A stretch of 63,977 nt of DNA, the filler included, from Sphacelaria rigidula (taxonomy: Eukaryota): the NCBI GenBank assembly GCA_964200075.2. It is 3 parts of 3 records of this genome, joined end to end, with 100 filler letters (N's around TTAATTAATTAA, not from the genome) between each part and the next. Parts side by side here need not be neighbours in the genome. Positions count along the whole stretch, not along the records: positions 43,770 to 63,977 come from CAXNAA020000557.1; 2 more parts are not named here. One strand, given 5' to 3'. The first letter of the stretch is position 1. Each line of letters opens with the position of its first letter. The notes beneath the pieces were generated by a model, which saw nothing but the letters and a program-made list of their open reading frames with translations, made no database searches and had not been told where the DNA came from. Below are positions 48,078 to 61,700 of the stretch, one piece after another. Made by a program: the position numbers and the translations under genes.

Positions 48078-51000
48078 GTCAGTTCTTTCTTTCCGTTGTT
48101 CTTCGCTTCCAGGTAAAACCGCACGGCTGAATACTTGATGAGTTGGTTGTGACGGCTTCTGTGAGAATCCGGTTGCAGAAACAGATGGGCTCCCTACTGC
48201 CATGTCCTAAAGCGAGTTGATCGTTCATCTCTCGATAAACGGAGGTGCTCGCCATAAGTTATGTACCACGGTAGCATTCTATCTGTCCGTCGGACCCGTG
48301 ATGTCCTGGAAACTCGGCACGTCGTTCCTCGCTTCGCGGCATTGAGATTCAGAAAAATGCAACCACATCGGTGTATCCATATAGCTTTAACGGAACTATA
48401 GTTTAGTTTGCTGCAGACAGGCAGTCAAGTTCTACTACATTGTGACGATGTTGATGTTTTCCCGTAGTAGCACAAGGGTTCGCCCAGTGGAGCAGTAGGT
48501 CCTGATTTCGCCCGGACTACTCTATGCCTTGTGATACGTCCGTTGTGTGGTCTGCGTAGCAATGCTGTGCTCACCCTCTGACATTGGAAACGTCACATCT
48601 TCGATGTTCCCTATCCTCGTTCTTTCCCGTCGGGAACCAGGCACCAAAAGCCCAGTGAGGCATTGTGACAAATATCCCGCGTTCCATACACAGGGATTGC
48701 CTTCCCAAAAGTCACGGCCACATGTGTGAACACTGAGTATCGCTCCCCCGCACCCGGAGAAAAGTCGCTTCGAACCACTGGTGATTTGTCTCGACGGCGT
48801 CGTCCTCATCTTTTCATTCGAAAACAGTTCGGAGATGAGCTATTTGTCGGGTCTGTGTTCCGTCCGTCCCCCCTGAAGCTGTGTACGCAACCATGTGTAA
48901 TGTAATCTTTGAGAAAGAAACACTTGGACCTTGAGGTCGGGCTCTGGAAGCGAAGATGTGAAGGACGAATACTAACTGTACGGTTTCAGTTGGAATACTA
49001 CACTAGCAGCTGTCGTGAACCCCTGCTTACGCGGACGCAGCTCACATCGGCCCGTGGCTGCCCCGCGTGGGCCACGAGATGGGTATAAAAGCTCGGTCGA
49101 TTTCAAACTCATTCCGAAGTTCCTCATGATGCCATGGCAGAAATCGTCCAACGATTTTTCATTTGAAATGGGTAGCGATCATTACATCAGTTTTCTTTCG
49201 TTCGATTTACACCGTCCACACTCACATTCATCATTACGTGTACACTGGCTCTCGCTCAGCGAAGTGTATCGAAGACTCGAGTTCGGCCCAAGTGAGAGAA
49301 ACCTTACACCTCAAGTCATCGGTAACTAGTCAACCAGCTCATTGGCGCTTCCATTCACGCCGTTTGTCTGTACAGCGGCCATGTAGGCTCCACCTCGCCC
49401 ACACGTGTACATTGAACCGCATCGGAACTTTTAGAAGGGGGAGGATGATGGCGGGTCGTGTATTGTTTTCGTCCCCTTTTCCGTTCTTGGACGAAATTTT
49501 CTCTCTTTTTCCGCGGGGCATAAGTGTTCTATTGTACAGTACAGTGACGGAGCTCCTGTCTGCATTGCAAGACCATTTTCTCCTTCATTCATAATTACCG
49601 CTCTTCTCCGACTGTGACGAAAAGTGCCCGTCCTTCTACATTTTTCCAGATGATCGGACGTTGTTGGGGCCCCAGGTGTCACGGATGAGCTCTCGTTGGC
49701 ACTTGAGTACATGAGTACCGTACATTCCCTGTTGCGAGAGAGAGCGGATGGCCCAGGAGCCCGCCGGAATCGTCGAAAAAATCGAGGATACCAAAAGTTT
49801 GATCGTGTTCGGTCAAGAAGATTCAATTCTCTACAAGATAGCTTAGAGCCCACTCGGGGATGTAGGCAGCGAAACTCACGGTCACACTGGAATTGATCTA
49901 AATTTTTCTGTGAAGGTTCTCGTATCGGTTTTCATCAGGATATGCGTGGCAAGTGAAGAAACATGCTACCTTCAAAATATTGGCTCGTGGGAATCGCACA
50001 GGCGCCTCCAATTCAGTCGTACCAAGACAATGTACAGTAGAATTGCGCGTTTATTTTCTGGTTTTTGTTCGTCTGCTTCGTCGTCCATCGAGTTAACGAG
50101 GTGAAGAAGTCGGCCGCACAATTTCCTGATTCCTTCAGTGTACTCACTCAGTTGTTCACTCCCATTCTCATGGAAGCGAAGCGCTCATCATGAGTCTTGT
50201 TGGAGCGTCGTGTGCATTTCACGGGCAAGAGAACTGCGTCAATGCTTTTCACATGTAATCGTCCGTCTGTCGAGGAGGAGCCACAGTGGTGTCGGGCTAT
50301 AAGGTGTATTACTTCCGCTTGCGTCAACTCATCTTCGCGCGGCGGGCTCTGTCGCGAACTCATCTGCGCGCGACCTCATACCCAAGTTCACATTGGAGCA
50401 TGTGCAGTTGGTTGTGGAAGGGCCATTTTTTCTATTTCACCATCAACGACGCGGGTGAACATTCAATTTTTTCCGTGGATTGTACCCACCAAAGGATTCA
50501 TTGGAACCAACTTATAGCACTGTGGGTGGAAAAACGGTAGCTCCAAGCTCATGTGCTTCCTCCCATCACACGCAGGCATGGCTACCAGGGGCGTACAATA
50601 TGTGTCCCAAAGTCACATGTACTACAATTGATATACCGGAGATATGTATATATACTTTGATTCATATATTCAATTATATACACAAATGAATGTGTCTGGT
50701 TGTTCGATTCATGTTCAGGCGTTGAACAAAAGAAGGACACTCACGGAAAGAAATAATTGCGAGTGTTTATCGATTACTTTGTTCGCGTGAAAAACACGTA
50801 TGAACCTCTTCCTCTTGAATGCATCCAAAACTCGGGATCTACGGCACATCTCTCGAAATTTCATTATGAGATATTGGAAACCTCATGGTTTGAGACACCT
50901 TTCCCATTCTACTTGGCGGTTGTACTGCCTAACCACGTGAAGAATGCTGTACACATGGTTGCTTTCTCGCTACATCTGCTCTTAGCACCCGCCCCAACCT

Positions 51001-51499
51001 CGGCGGTACTTGATTCTTGACTATTCTGTTGACTTTATTAGCGCTTGGAAGTCCGCGGATCATTTTTCTCTTTTTTTCAGCCTGGGACGTCAAATTGCCG
51101 GTTCTGGTTGAGACAGCCTAAGAAGTGCCCGTGTCACCACGCACATGTGAACAGCGGAAATGTCGCCCCTGCTCCCCCTGACATTTGTTTGAGCGGGACA
51201 AATTTAGACAAGACGAGGTGCAGAAGCAGTACGCGTGGAATCTCATTCTCGGTAAGCTCGTCCCTCCAACAACCTCCCAGCTTCCATCATCGTCTGTCTG
51301 CTACTGATGCAGAGGTAGACACGACCTCCGACACCCCCAGCCTGCTTCCTTGAACATGTTTCGGTGCTGCGACGCTGTTTGCCGAAAAAGACAACACACC
51401 GAACATGTTCTAGTTCGCGGCTGTGTTGGAGGGCTTCATCTACAACGTTGCCATCCTTCACGGGACTGTCCGGCACCGTGGGGTGAGGCGGCTCAATGT

Positions 51500-51533
<34 letters not shown>

Positions 51534-53976
51534 ACCCCCCCCCCCCACCCCCCAACCCACATACAAAAAATATACAAACACCATCATTCCTTTTTTTTTT
51601 TTTTTNNNNNNNNNNGGGGGGCTTAATTTACAACGTTGCCATCCTTCACGGGACTGCCCGGCCCCGGGGGGGGGGGGGGCTCAATGTTGCCCCCCCCCCC
51701 CCCCCACGCACACATAACCCATCATCACCCATGATCAAATTTGAAACTGAAAGCTGAAGTCAGTCCCGTTTTTTTCTTGTTTATTGCGAATGGCGCCGCA
51801 TGTTGATTCAAACATGTGGATGGTGAGCGTGTTTAGATATCAGTATGAGTACCCCGGGACGTATTTCTTGGCATATCCAATCGTATGTGCGTCCGGGTGT
51901 GATGAGTAGGAGGTGCATGCTGCTCGCGAGTGTTGATGCTGGATGACACTACTTTCACGATTCACTCTTCTATACAAAACTCGAGAGTAGCTTTTCACAA
52001 CACAGCAGGGGGTGCGTAAGTGCCATAATGACGTGAAGATGGAGCGATGGCAGTAATTATCTTCAGGTGTTCATGATTGACCGTCAAGGCTGTATCTTAT
52101 CGAGACGAATTAGGCCGTGTCTCGTCAAATTGATTTTGACTCGGAAAACGTACAGTGGAATCAAATTTGCTCGTGCCTGATACGTCTACGGCATTCATGT
52201 TTTTAACCATCTGAGAGAATTAGTAGTGTGGACGAATCAAAAACAAGCGAATTCGATTCCACCGCACGTTGTCGACACCAAAACAATTTGATACGACACG
52301 GCCTTTAGAGGCTGGAAAAGGAACAAGCGTCAAATTGCTGTCGACACCGTCATTTGTCGAGACGGGAGAAGAAGTCGTGCGGAGAAGAACGCCCTTCTAA
52401 AAGCAACATTGTGATTTATCGGCGGGCGGGTCTGTGGCTGCGGGCACTAATGTACACGCGGCTGTTGGACGCTCGCACTTTTTCCTGCTTCATTTCTTGG
52501 TCTCCAGTAGACAGGGCTCAATTGAAACCCAGGTTGAACTTCGGATGGGCAACACCTCGCGATTATTTGGCAAACTTGAGCATTCCAAACTTCATTGGTC
52601 GCCCCCCTTCTATTCACGCCTCCTCTAATTCATAGCAACGCTCATGGTTGATGCGGAAAACATCTTCCGATGATCGGGGAACCTGCACGCGCCCCCCCCC
52701 CGCCCAAACAGTCACAGAGTTGACTATGGGAGGGTTCGTATAGGTGGTGCTGGTGCCACCCACCGACGAGTCGACACAGGGCGAATCTCGACGCGGACAT
52801 CTGGTCTTGTGACCATGGGGGTAGTGATGGAAGCCTGTCCATCAGCCTCCATCACAGGACGCGGGGGAAGTGAGTCGAAGACGATGGACATGTCACACAT
52901 TCTCGCTATTACATGCCAGTCCTACCATGAGCAAGATATTTTTAGACATCGACCCCCGAATTGAAAAACCCGTGAATTTACCATACGGAATTATGCCCGG
53001 GAGATGAGCCATTACTCTCAACAGGGCAAAAAAAGTCCGATCAACATTATTTAACGAAAGTCCTCACGGATGGAAAGTGATTGGCGCCAGAAACATGTAG
53101 AAACGGTCGAGATAGGAGTGGGAAGCGGCCGAAATATAAAGGGAGGGAAACTTTTTGGCCAGACAAATCTTTCGGAAACCACTGACGATTTTCATCATCG
53201 TAAATCGGCATAATTTCGACCTGGAAATGACCGAAAATAATGCTGATTTACAAAAATATGAATTGTTCACGGGTTCTACTAACGTTGCATCACAGAACAA
53301 TTTGTTTCACGACCCACACCGAGGCGATTTTCACAAAGGTCACCACAGCCAGGCGATGACTGATGCATCGAGGAACATGGAGTGAAATAAACCTGTACTC
53401 GCGATAAAATATCCTGGTCTGCCATTTCATCTTTCTGATCGGCATTGATCAAAAATGATTCGAGATGGGATCAGCCTGGCCGTCATTGAGGCGACCGTCG
53501 CGAGACCGGTCGTAATTTGATCGGCCGATTTCTGGCGGAAGTTTTGCCGAACGCCGACATGAAGAAGCAAAAGTATCACCCGATCGTATGCACCACAATG
53601 TTACCGGATGCTGGCAGGACTGGCACATCATCGTGTGTCACAACGTGGACTGTTTGATCTGGTCTTCGAACCGTTCAGCACCAAAGTTTGTGTCATCAGT
53701 CGGAGACGCAATAACTCTAATCGTTTCCTAGGCCGAAAATAAGGGCTGGAGACGCGACGGCGAAAGTTGTGATCCCACGATGCAAGAAGATTATGGACCT
53801 CCGAATACCGCAGCTCATTGCCAAAACCTGAGCAGTCGAACAATAGTGACAAAATGTTCGATTATACAGGTTTCACCGAGATTGATGGAGGAGGCTTTTG
53901 ACATTTTTTCACTCGTCCCAGTTGACACAAAATGCTCCGTGCGTCCGTTTTTCTCTTCTGTGGCGTTCGATTCCAG

Positions 53977-54246
53977 GTGTTGAACATCGTAGAAACGGTC
54001 AACCCCCGATCCACGATCATCCGAGTTGTGGAGGAATCTAAGCCCGGGAAGCGCGCGGCCATGTACACCGGCCTTGCTTACGTCGACACTGAGATCACCG
54101 TGTTTGCCGACGATGATGCGCTGTACGGCCCGGCCGTGCTGAAGAGCCTAATCATGCCCTTCAAAGATCCGGCCATGGGAGGATGCGGAACGCGACAGAT
54201 CGCGCGGCCGAAGGCGGATACATTTAAGTTTGAGGACATCATGATG
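53977..54246 (+). CDS. GT2 synthase, exon 2
   Basis: Acceptor TTCCAG|GTG; KPGKRAAM and ITVFADDD (DxD) motifs; donor ATG|GTAAGC; 270 nt, phase 0. Confidence 0.92.
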
Positions 54247-54659
54247 GTAAGCTGTGTGGTGTTATTGGGGGGACATTTCCTGGTGTGCGGATATCATGTT
54301 TCAGAAGTTATTACTGTCGTTAAGTTGTCGGCATCCGCATGATTGACTCACCTCCGTTGCTGATCGCGGCGTTTATGGCTCCTTGAGTCCTGGCGTTTGA
54401 AACTGGTTTGTCGACCATTCAATCGCGCGGGCAGTCCACCTGGATCATCCTTTTTCCGAGTGAAATTGATGCGGTTCCAGCAAATGAGCTAGTCTCGCGA
54501 TCAACGGGTTCATGTTGAAACGCAGCTCACGGTTTCCAATGTGAAGACAACAGCATCAACAAGCTCGTAAAACGACGTTCACGTGTAAGCACGCAGAAAA
54601 GGCGTACGTAATTGTGGTGTTCGGGTGGGTGTCTGTGGCACATCAACTGGCGGTTAGTG

Positions 54660-54950
54660 TTGTGTTGAATCGGCATCAATTTTGAGTGAAAAAAAGTACG
54701 CATGATCCAGACTCATATCGCGGTCGAAGGGTTAACCCTCGGACCGCGGGGTTAGTCTCCTGTTGAATCGGCATCAAATTCAAGTGAAAAAAATATTCAT
54801 GATCCATGAAGACTGATGTCGCGGTCTGAGGGTTAACCAAGAGGGTGTAACCCTTATACCGCGAGATTACTCTTTATGGATCATGCATACTTTTCTTCAC
54901 TTGAAATTGATGCCGATTCAACAGAAAACTAACCTCGCGGCCTAAGGGTC
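54660..54950. repeat. Intronic direct and inverted array of the ~100-bp module
   Basis: GTTGAATCGGCATCAA...AGGGTTAACC occurs twice (54664, 54762), followed by an inverted copy (~54847-54922). Confidence 0.75.
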
Positions 54951-54980
54951 AAGTTCCCTGAATTTCAACCAAGTGGCTTA

Positions 54981-55235
54981 TCGCGTCGTGAGCTCAGTTG
55001 GCTCTCTACAAACCTTGAACCTCCTGACGGTTGGGTCGTGGAAGAGAGTTGCGGTGGCGTCACAAGTTTTTTTCTTCTCACATCCTGTCTTCGTAGTCGT
55101 GGGAAGCGACGATATCGTGGGTATGCAAGGGTCGACCTGACGGTCGACGAGAATCAGGGACGGCCCCACACTTGTTGCGATTACTAGTGTGGCAAGTACC
55201 GCTGTAGTGACGGGTTGACTGAAGTCCAGGATGAA
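54981..55235 (+). mobile_element. tRNA-derived SINE family, old internally deleted copy in a GT2 intron
   Basis: A-box-like GAGCTCAGTTGG, then AACCTCCTGACGGTTGGGTCGTGG nearly identical to 23284-23306, then TATCGTGGGTA, GGCAAGTACCGC and GACTGAAGTCCAG in the family order. Confidence 0.7.
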
Positions 55236-55595
55236 GAGGAAGGGAAATCGTATGAATTGAAAAAGTCCATCCGGTCGTGTTTTTCAGTTGTGCATATTTT
55301 ACAAAGCTCGTGAGAGAGTCATGAACGGTAGAACGTCCTGCGCACAGTTGTAGAGCACTGTTCATACTCAATATTGTACTGTTTTTTTCCCTCTCGTCCT
55401 CAGCTTCCCTAATGTTCAACTACAAATGACGTGGTACTGAAGTTCAATTATAGATGACGTGATGCTGAACACCAACGTTGCCGAGATACTTGAGGATTCG
55501 TTCGGGAAAAGCTAAATGCGACTTTTCATCAAAAACATACCCCTGTCCATTGTGCGGTATCAACGTGTAGCCGTGAGTTTTTTCCCCCAGAGTAT

Positions 55596-55851
55596 AGCGA
55601 TGCTACGGTAGGGGTGCACTCTTTTCGCGAAATTTCGTCTGGTTTCAGGGGTTCCTAACGGTTCTAGAAGCACAAGGATATGGGTCAGGGTATCCCCGTT
55701 TGCAGATTAATTTGGGATATTGCCAGCACATTGTAATAGTGATCCTGCCGTACTCTCGCATATTTCCATAAGCCGTGTTTTGGATTAGGTCAAGGGCTCC
55801 TAACAATTCTAACCTCGGAAAATATTTGTGTACCCCTACCGTGGCATCACT
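55596..55851. mobile_element. MITE-like element with 24-bp TIRs
   Basis: AGCGATGCTACGGTAGGGGTGCAC / GTGTACCCCTACCGTGGCATCACT (3 mismatches). Confidence 0.6.
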
Positions 55852-56723
55852 CAGTAGGTGGCGGGATCCCGACGACTCTCCAACCGTCGGGATGCGTGGG
55901 TTGGGCCTCGCACTTTATTTTGAAGTGAAAATCATGTCGACCCAGCAAACCACCCCCATGCTGGCCGCCGGAGGTTCAAGATAGGGCCTGAACAGCCTCA
56001 AGTAGGCTTGGATTGTAGCGGATCCCTACTGGATTTTTTGCATAGATCCGTTGAATCAGCCTCCAAAATTATACTTTTGGATTCGCAGGAGGCTGGGATA
56101 TTTCTTACTAATATCGGAAACTGTAGTTATTGAGTCTGCGTCTTGGCAAATGGGTTTTCGATCGGAAAGTTGCGGTTGAGAACAATTTCTGGCCCAATGA
56201 GACGTGGCTGTCAACATGAAATATCAGAGTTGGACTTACGGCCTACAAAATTAAATCGAAGTTTTCTTTTCTCGTCGCACGTTCTTTGTCGAAAAATGAT
56301 GCGCTAAGATATACCCTCGGTATGTCACTTTTGGATCGATCATGTGCGATACGTCATCACGAATTACGATTGAAATTTCGACGCAGTCTTGCTGCTCCTC
56401 CGCCTATTTTCGGTATAGAGACAATATGCTAAGACATGCCTCCAGACCTCGGAGGAATCTTGAAATCGAGTTCCCCGATATTATCAACAGTCATTCGCAG
56501 TTGAATACATGAGGATGTTCAAGTTTCAGATCACTCCACTGAAATTGTAGTAGAGCTGAGAAAAAGCATTCACCACTAGTACAGCTCATGACATATGAAC
56601 CGCGCGTGCGACCCGTGAGGCGTGGACCCCCCTCAACAATCGTCGTTCCTATTTATCTTGTGCACCTATTGATGTGATAAGAGTACCCCCTGAACAACTG
56701 TTGCTCCTCTCTTCCTCGTGCAG

Positions 56724-56963
56724 GACATGCGTCTGTACCAACGTTACTTGGAGTACCGTGCGACGACATTCATGGGGGGAGGATCGACGTGCCTGTCCGG
56801 ACGTACCATGGCCTACCGCACCCACCTCTTCCGTTTCGATGGATTCAAGAACTACTTCCTCAACGAGCACTTCGCGGGGCAACTGCAGCTGTCCGGGGAT
56901 GACAAGTGCCTTACCCGACTGTGTATCATGTCAGACTACAAGATGTGGCATCAGATCTGCGAG
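56724..56963 (+). CDS. GT2 synthase, exon 3
   Basis: Acceptor GTGCAG|GAC; TCLSGRTMAYR and SGDDKCLT (catalytic-base GDD) motifs; donor GAG|GTAAAA; 240 nt, phase 0. Confidence 0.93.
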
Positions 56964-57116
56964 GTAAAATGGGAATTTCAGAGGAACTTGTATGGTGATC
57001 CTTCACGAGAATACGGAGGGATCCAAGCGGTGTTGACATGGAAATAAACAGCGGCTGGCGCAACACCGTTCCAATACCACAACGCAAGATTTCCTTCATA
57101 CTCGACCAACTCTCCG

Positions 57117-57165
<49 letters not shown>

Positions 57166-57615
57166 CCCCTCCGGCCGCTGGCTCGCGCGCTGGGGGGGGT
57201 GGCAAACAAGAACATAACCACCGCCCCTTCNNNNNNNNNNAAGAAAAAAAAAAGGGGGGGGCGCACCCCCGTCCCCAAACCCCACCCCAAAATTTCCTTC
57301 CTCCCCCCCCACCCCCCCCCCCCCCCCCCCCCCCCCCGTTCCGTCCCAATCTCCGCCTCGAAAGGGATTCGTGGTCAGTGGTCGAACGACTGATGGGAGC
57401 AACAAATGAGTACGCCCTCGTCCCGTTCCCCTCATTTGGTCTGATGAAGTAGGCATGCAAGATGATCAGTATACCCACCCCCCTTTCCTTCCCCATTGAT
57501 GTCCATCGTTCTTCTACGATCATTTCATTCACCGACCAATATACGTCATTTCCCGCTCGTGGTTATCCCTTCGCCCTCTATATCTTGTACTTTCGTAACG
57601 ACCGATGTTTACCAG

Positions 57616-57923
57616 GTATGTACCCTTTCTACACAGTTCGAGGAGGGACCGAAGCTTCGCTCTCAGCTGCTTCGGTGGAGCCGCAACTCGTGGCGTTCCG
57701 ACATCAAGATGCTTTTCTTGGAGAGGGTGGTGTGGCGCAAGTACCCATGGTTGGCGATCACATCCCTCGACAAGATGATCAGTCCCTTCACCATGGTGTA
57801 CGGTCCGATCGCCATCCTGTTCGCGGCGTTCTGGGAGGTCAACATGTTCATCATCGTGGCGTTTGCGTGTTATATCCTCGTCACGCGTATCATGAAAACC
57901 CTCATGTACTTCACCTGGTCAAG
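57616..57923 (+). CDS. GT2 synthase, exon 4
   Basis: Acceptor TACCAG|GTA; QLLRW (QxxRW) motif followed by hydrophobic helices; donor AG|GTGCGA, phase 2. Confidence 0.92.
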
Positions 57924-58557
57924 GTGCGACTGAAGATATTCGATTTTCTGAACATGAAACAAGAGTCACGATCATTTCATTCTTTGGTCGTGAAAGAGTT
58001 GCGGTTTTTCAACCGCGATAGCGACTTTTTTTTCCAGTTTTTTTCTTCTTTCCTGTTCATTCCCCAGGTGCTTGGCTGTGATGCAAATTGTTGGATGGCG
58101 CCACCACAACAGACATGAGGGTTCCACTGAGATTTCTTCGGAAGCGACGAGTTGATGAATTTTTGGCCGAGGCTACATACACAACGTTTCAACTTGTTGT
58201 GACCAAATCAGTCGAAACCGGTACAGATCCGCTGATGAGACACGGCATACATTTTGACTGGTTATTTTCACTGCTGAAATAGTACAAGCGTTGAATCGCC
58301 ATCATGTCTCTGAACCCAAATGGCTCGTTCTGGCGGTTGAAGGACTGAATCCTCAATTTCCTGCCCTGTCGTGATCAGTAGGTGGGGGGCTAAGGTATGG
58401 TCCGTCATAACGTATCAGCGCACTCGGATCGTGGACCTAAGCCCAGAACCCTTTTATGTCTCCACAATTTATTGGAAAAAACAGAAGTCCTGAAGATGTC
58501 CGTTCTCTTTTCCCCTCGTGAATCGTGTCGTCTGTTCGTATCGTGATATGGGAAAAG

Positions 58558-58768
58558 GCCCCGCCCTCCGTGTCGATGGATGTGGTACATTCTGCCGTTC
58601 ATCTTCGTGCAGTACTGGGGTGCCGTGATTAAGCTGTACGCGCTGTGCACGCTCAAGGATAGGCGTTGGGGTAACCGTGAGGTTAAGGTGAACGCGCAAA
58701 ACGAGATCGTTAGGACGGGAGAATTCGAAGACGACGCAGAGGAGGAGGGAGGTATGTTCCAGGGTTGA
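58558..58768 (+). CDS. GT2 synthase, exon 5 (terminal)
   Basis: Acceptor AAG|G restores the frame: (R)PRPPCRWMWYILPF...KLYALCTLKDRRWGNR...FQG*; WGxR motif. Joined CDS encodes 444 aa. Confidence 0.88.
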
Positions 58769-61700
58769 CCGGCCACACATTTAAATCACGTGATTTATAC
58801 TCATTCGTCAATAAAATTATTATTTTCGCACATGAGGCCCATCTCTCGAACCTGTGGTCACAGACGTCGACTCGCCTTCGGGAGACATGTATTTCTCATT
58901 CCCCCCCCCCGAGACTCCGGACAAGATCGAAGACAAGATGGATAACAGCAGTTGAAAGTTGGACAAAGGACAAGAGGCAGATGAGGAATTCTCGTAACTG
59001 AGATTGCAATACTGATGATCCGTCAGATGAAGTTGTAGCACATAGAGAGCCAGGCGGCAGTCTAGTTGTAGCGCAAGATGTTTGCCTAACTTTTTTTTAA
59101 TTCTACCTGCATGCCCCTCCTTTGGTCGGTTCGCCTCCTTCTGTTTTCTGCGCCCTCTGCTCCAGATCCGCAAAAACCTGCACCAGATGCGGGGGGAGAG
59201 TACTATGACAACGAGGAGAAAGATAACGGCATCGAAATGGGTCCCAACCATTGAGATATGCTCATAACATAATTATATTTTTCATGTCTTGGTTCCGGCT
59301 GTTTTCTCTTGTTGTTCCATGTGAGGTCATGTTCCAGAGGTGGCACCTTCAAAGCGATGCTTTCCTTGCTATTTGACTTTTACTCGGTCATCTTCTTGGC
59401 CTCGTTGTTTTTTGTTGGAAGTCGCAAAAAATAGCGGCCCGATGTGTTCGGTTGAGGTTTGGCCGTGTAATGCCATCGGGTTGTGTGGGTGAGCGGCGTG
59501 GCGGATGTCGGATGGTCACAGGCAGTGTACTGCTATATATTTTGTTGGCTCTCGTTCCCGTTTTGATGGATACGTCAGTTTTGAGCGGTGTACTGCTACA
59601 GGAATAGATTACGGTCCATTCTCAGGTCAAGATTTCCCACAACTCTGGCCGAGTGTTTTTTTTATTTTTCCGCTGTCAAGCGAGTGCTGAACCGAATTTC
59701 TTGTGCGAGGGTTTTGAGATATCGCCGGATTTTTTCAACGTCGGGATTATCCAACAATGAGAATGCCCCTAGCGTAGCGTACTCTCGATTGTTCGTCGAT
59801 GCTACCTGGGGGGCGTGTCTACACAGGACTTGCATGGATGATCCGGAGACAGTTTTCCGATGAAATATTTCGTCGCTTTTCCGTGGATGATGGTGTGAGA
59901 TCCCCACCGCAAACGTCTTGAGATCAAATGTGTGTGGTTGATTCTCTGCCCTGTGCGGTTCGAAAACTGTCTCGCGTTGTACCCTATTGGTGCTCTTACA
60001 ATGAAGATTGGGTGGGTTGTACCCTGCTGGTGCTCGTACAACGAGGTTTGGGTGGGTTGACGTTGGGTGTTGCTAATATATCGGGGACTGCTGAACTGCG
60101 AAATGTGGTCGTTCTTTTGTGCTGGGAATAGTTAGATGGCTGTGCTTTGTCCGAGAGCACAATGGCGTGCTGTGTAATCCTGTTTTGTTGAGTGATGGCG
60201 GCCGGAATTTCTGGGGTGGGGAGTGGTGCCATATGTTCAATACTATGATTCACTTGCGGACTTTTTCATGTGTCGTTCTGTATTTTTTCTCCTCTCATTT
60301 TATGTTTGTGGCCTGTTGGTATGTAATTTGTTTGCTTTTCGGCGCTGCTGTGGTGGTGCAAAGGACGGCATATCGACTCCGTTGTCTGAGTGTGTTGTAC
60401 AGGCGCGTTCCGCTTGACTTAGTCGTTATTCTCACAGCCTTGCTGTGGTTGATCTAATGCTCGTTTGGTTGCATTCTTTCCCGCCACCTGGAGCTGACGC
60501 TGTGATCTCGGTGCTTTTTTACCAATCCCTTGGATGGGTTTGGGACTGCTGTGCATGTCAAAATATTCGCGTTGTCGTCTCGGCTACAAGGGATTGTCAA
60601 CCTTTCGAAAATGGTTTCCCTAATGCCAAGGAATCTGTGACCGTGTCTCCCGCGTTCTCGCGACTTTTTTCTTTCAACGTCGTACTAGCGTATACTTGCC
60701 TGATTCGAGAGGGGAGGGGTGAGGGATATAAAGTCACGCTCGACTGGAATCATGATGAAAACCGTTTCCCAAGATTTTGTCCTAGAGGTGGTGCCAAAAC
60801 GCCCATCTCGTCTCATTCCCCTTGGAGGAAAAGAGAGTCTCGACTGGTTTAACGGGAGGGCTTCGATAGATACATGGATGTGAGGTTTGCAAGTAAAAGC
60901 GAACGAACAGGAAGCGAGGTTCTCAACCTTCGTGTGCAGTCACTCCCGTGTCAAGGTTTTCGTTGGTCGTTGTTTCATCCGAGGTTCCCGATGTCATGAG
61001 GGAGAAAATGAAGTGAAGAAAAACTCGATGAGGGTGATGAGAATTTTCGATTTTCAAAACCGTTTTTTCGTCTCCGTTTGATTTTGGTTGGTTCAGTGAC
61101 TCGCTTGTGCTTGAGTGAAGATGCTCTTGTACGTGTAGCGTTGGCGGGGGGTATTCATAATTCATCTTCTGCCCTCCCCCCCTCGGTGTGTCGGTGTTGT
61201 CGCCATATTTTGCCAACCTTGGAATGGCCGGAGTATCTCCGCTGTTGATGTTTTTCCCTTTCCCCGTTCTCCCCTCAGCCTCCTCCCCGAGATGTGGCAC
61301 CTCCCTGTTGGAGTGACAATCAGTCCGACCTGCCTGGAAATCTGTGCTCGCATCATGCCCCATGGTGGCTGCAGCGCGGTCAAGGGCCGCACTTTCCCAC
61401 GTTCTTTGAGTCTGAAAATTTTGACGCACACTGCACATTGAAGCCAACCTCGTCGCGGTACTTTGAGGTTCACACCTGCGCACTGTTGCGCCAGGTGTTT
61501 GGTCGAGGGGGATGGGGAATGAGGTTGACAGGCAGGACCATTTTCACTCCGGCAGAAGGGGTGAATTTTGTTCAACGATCACCGTGTGCTTTTTTAGACG
61601 AGAGTAACGAGTGTCGGAGTTTTTATCATGATGGTTTGCTCAAAATATATGTCGACCGCGTGGGTGAAAAAGGGCTGATGATACCCATGCGCTATCATAG

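Noticed and set aside
51430..51710. Direct duplication of TACAACGTTGCCATCCTTCACGGGACTG and poly-Pro/poly-Gly ORFs (similar at 57115-57340 and 43770-43830)
   Set aside because: The copies flank an N gap within homopolymer runs, so low-quality contig ends or unmerged overlaps are likely.
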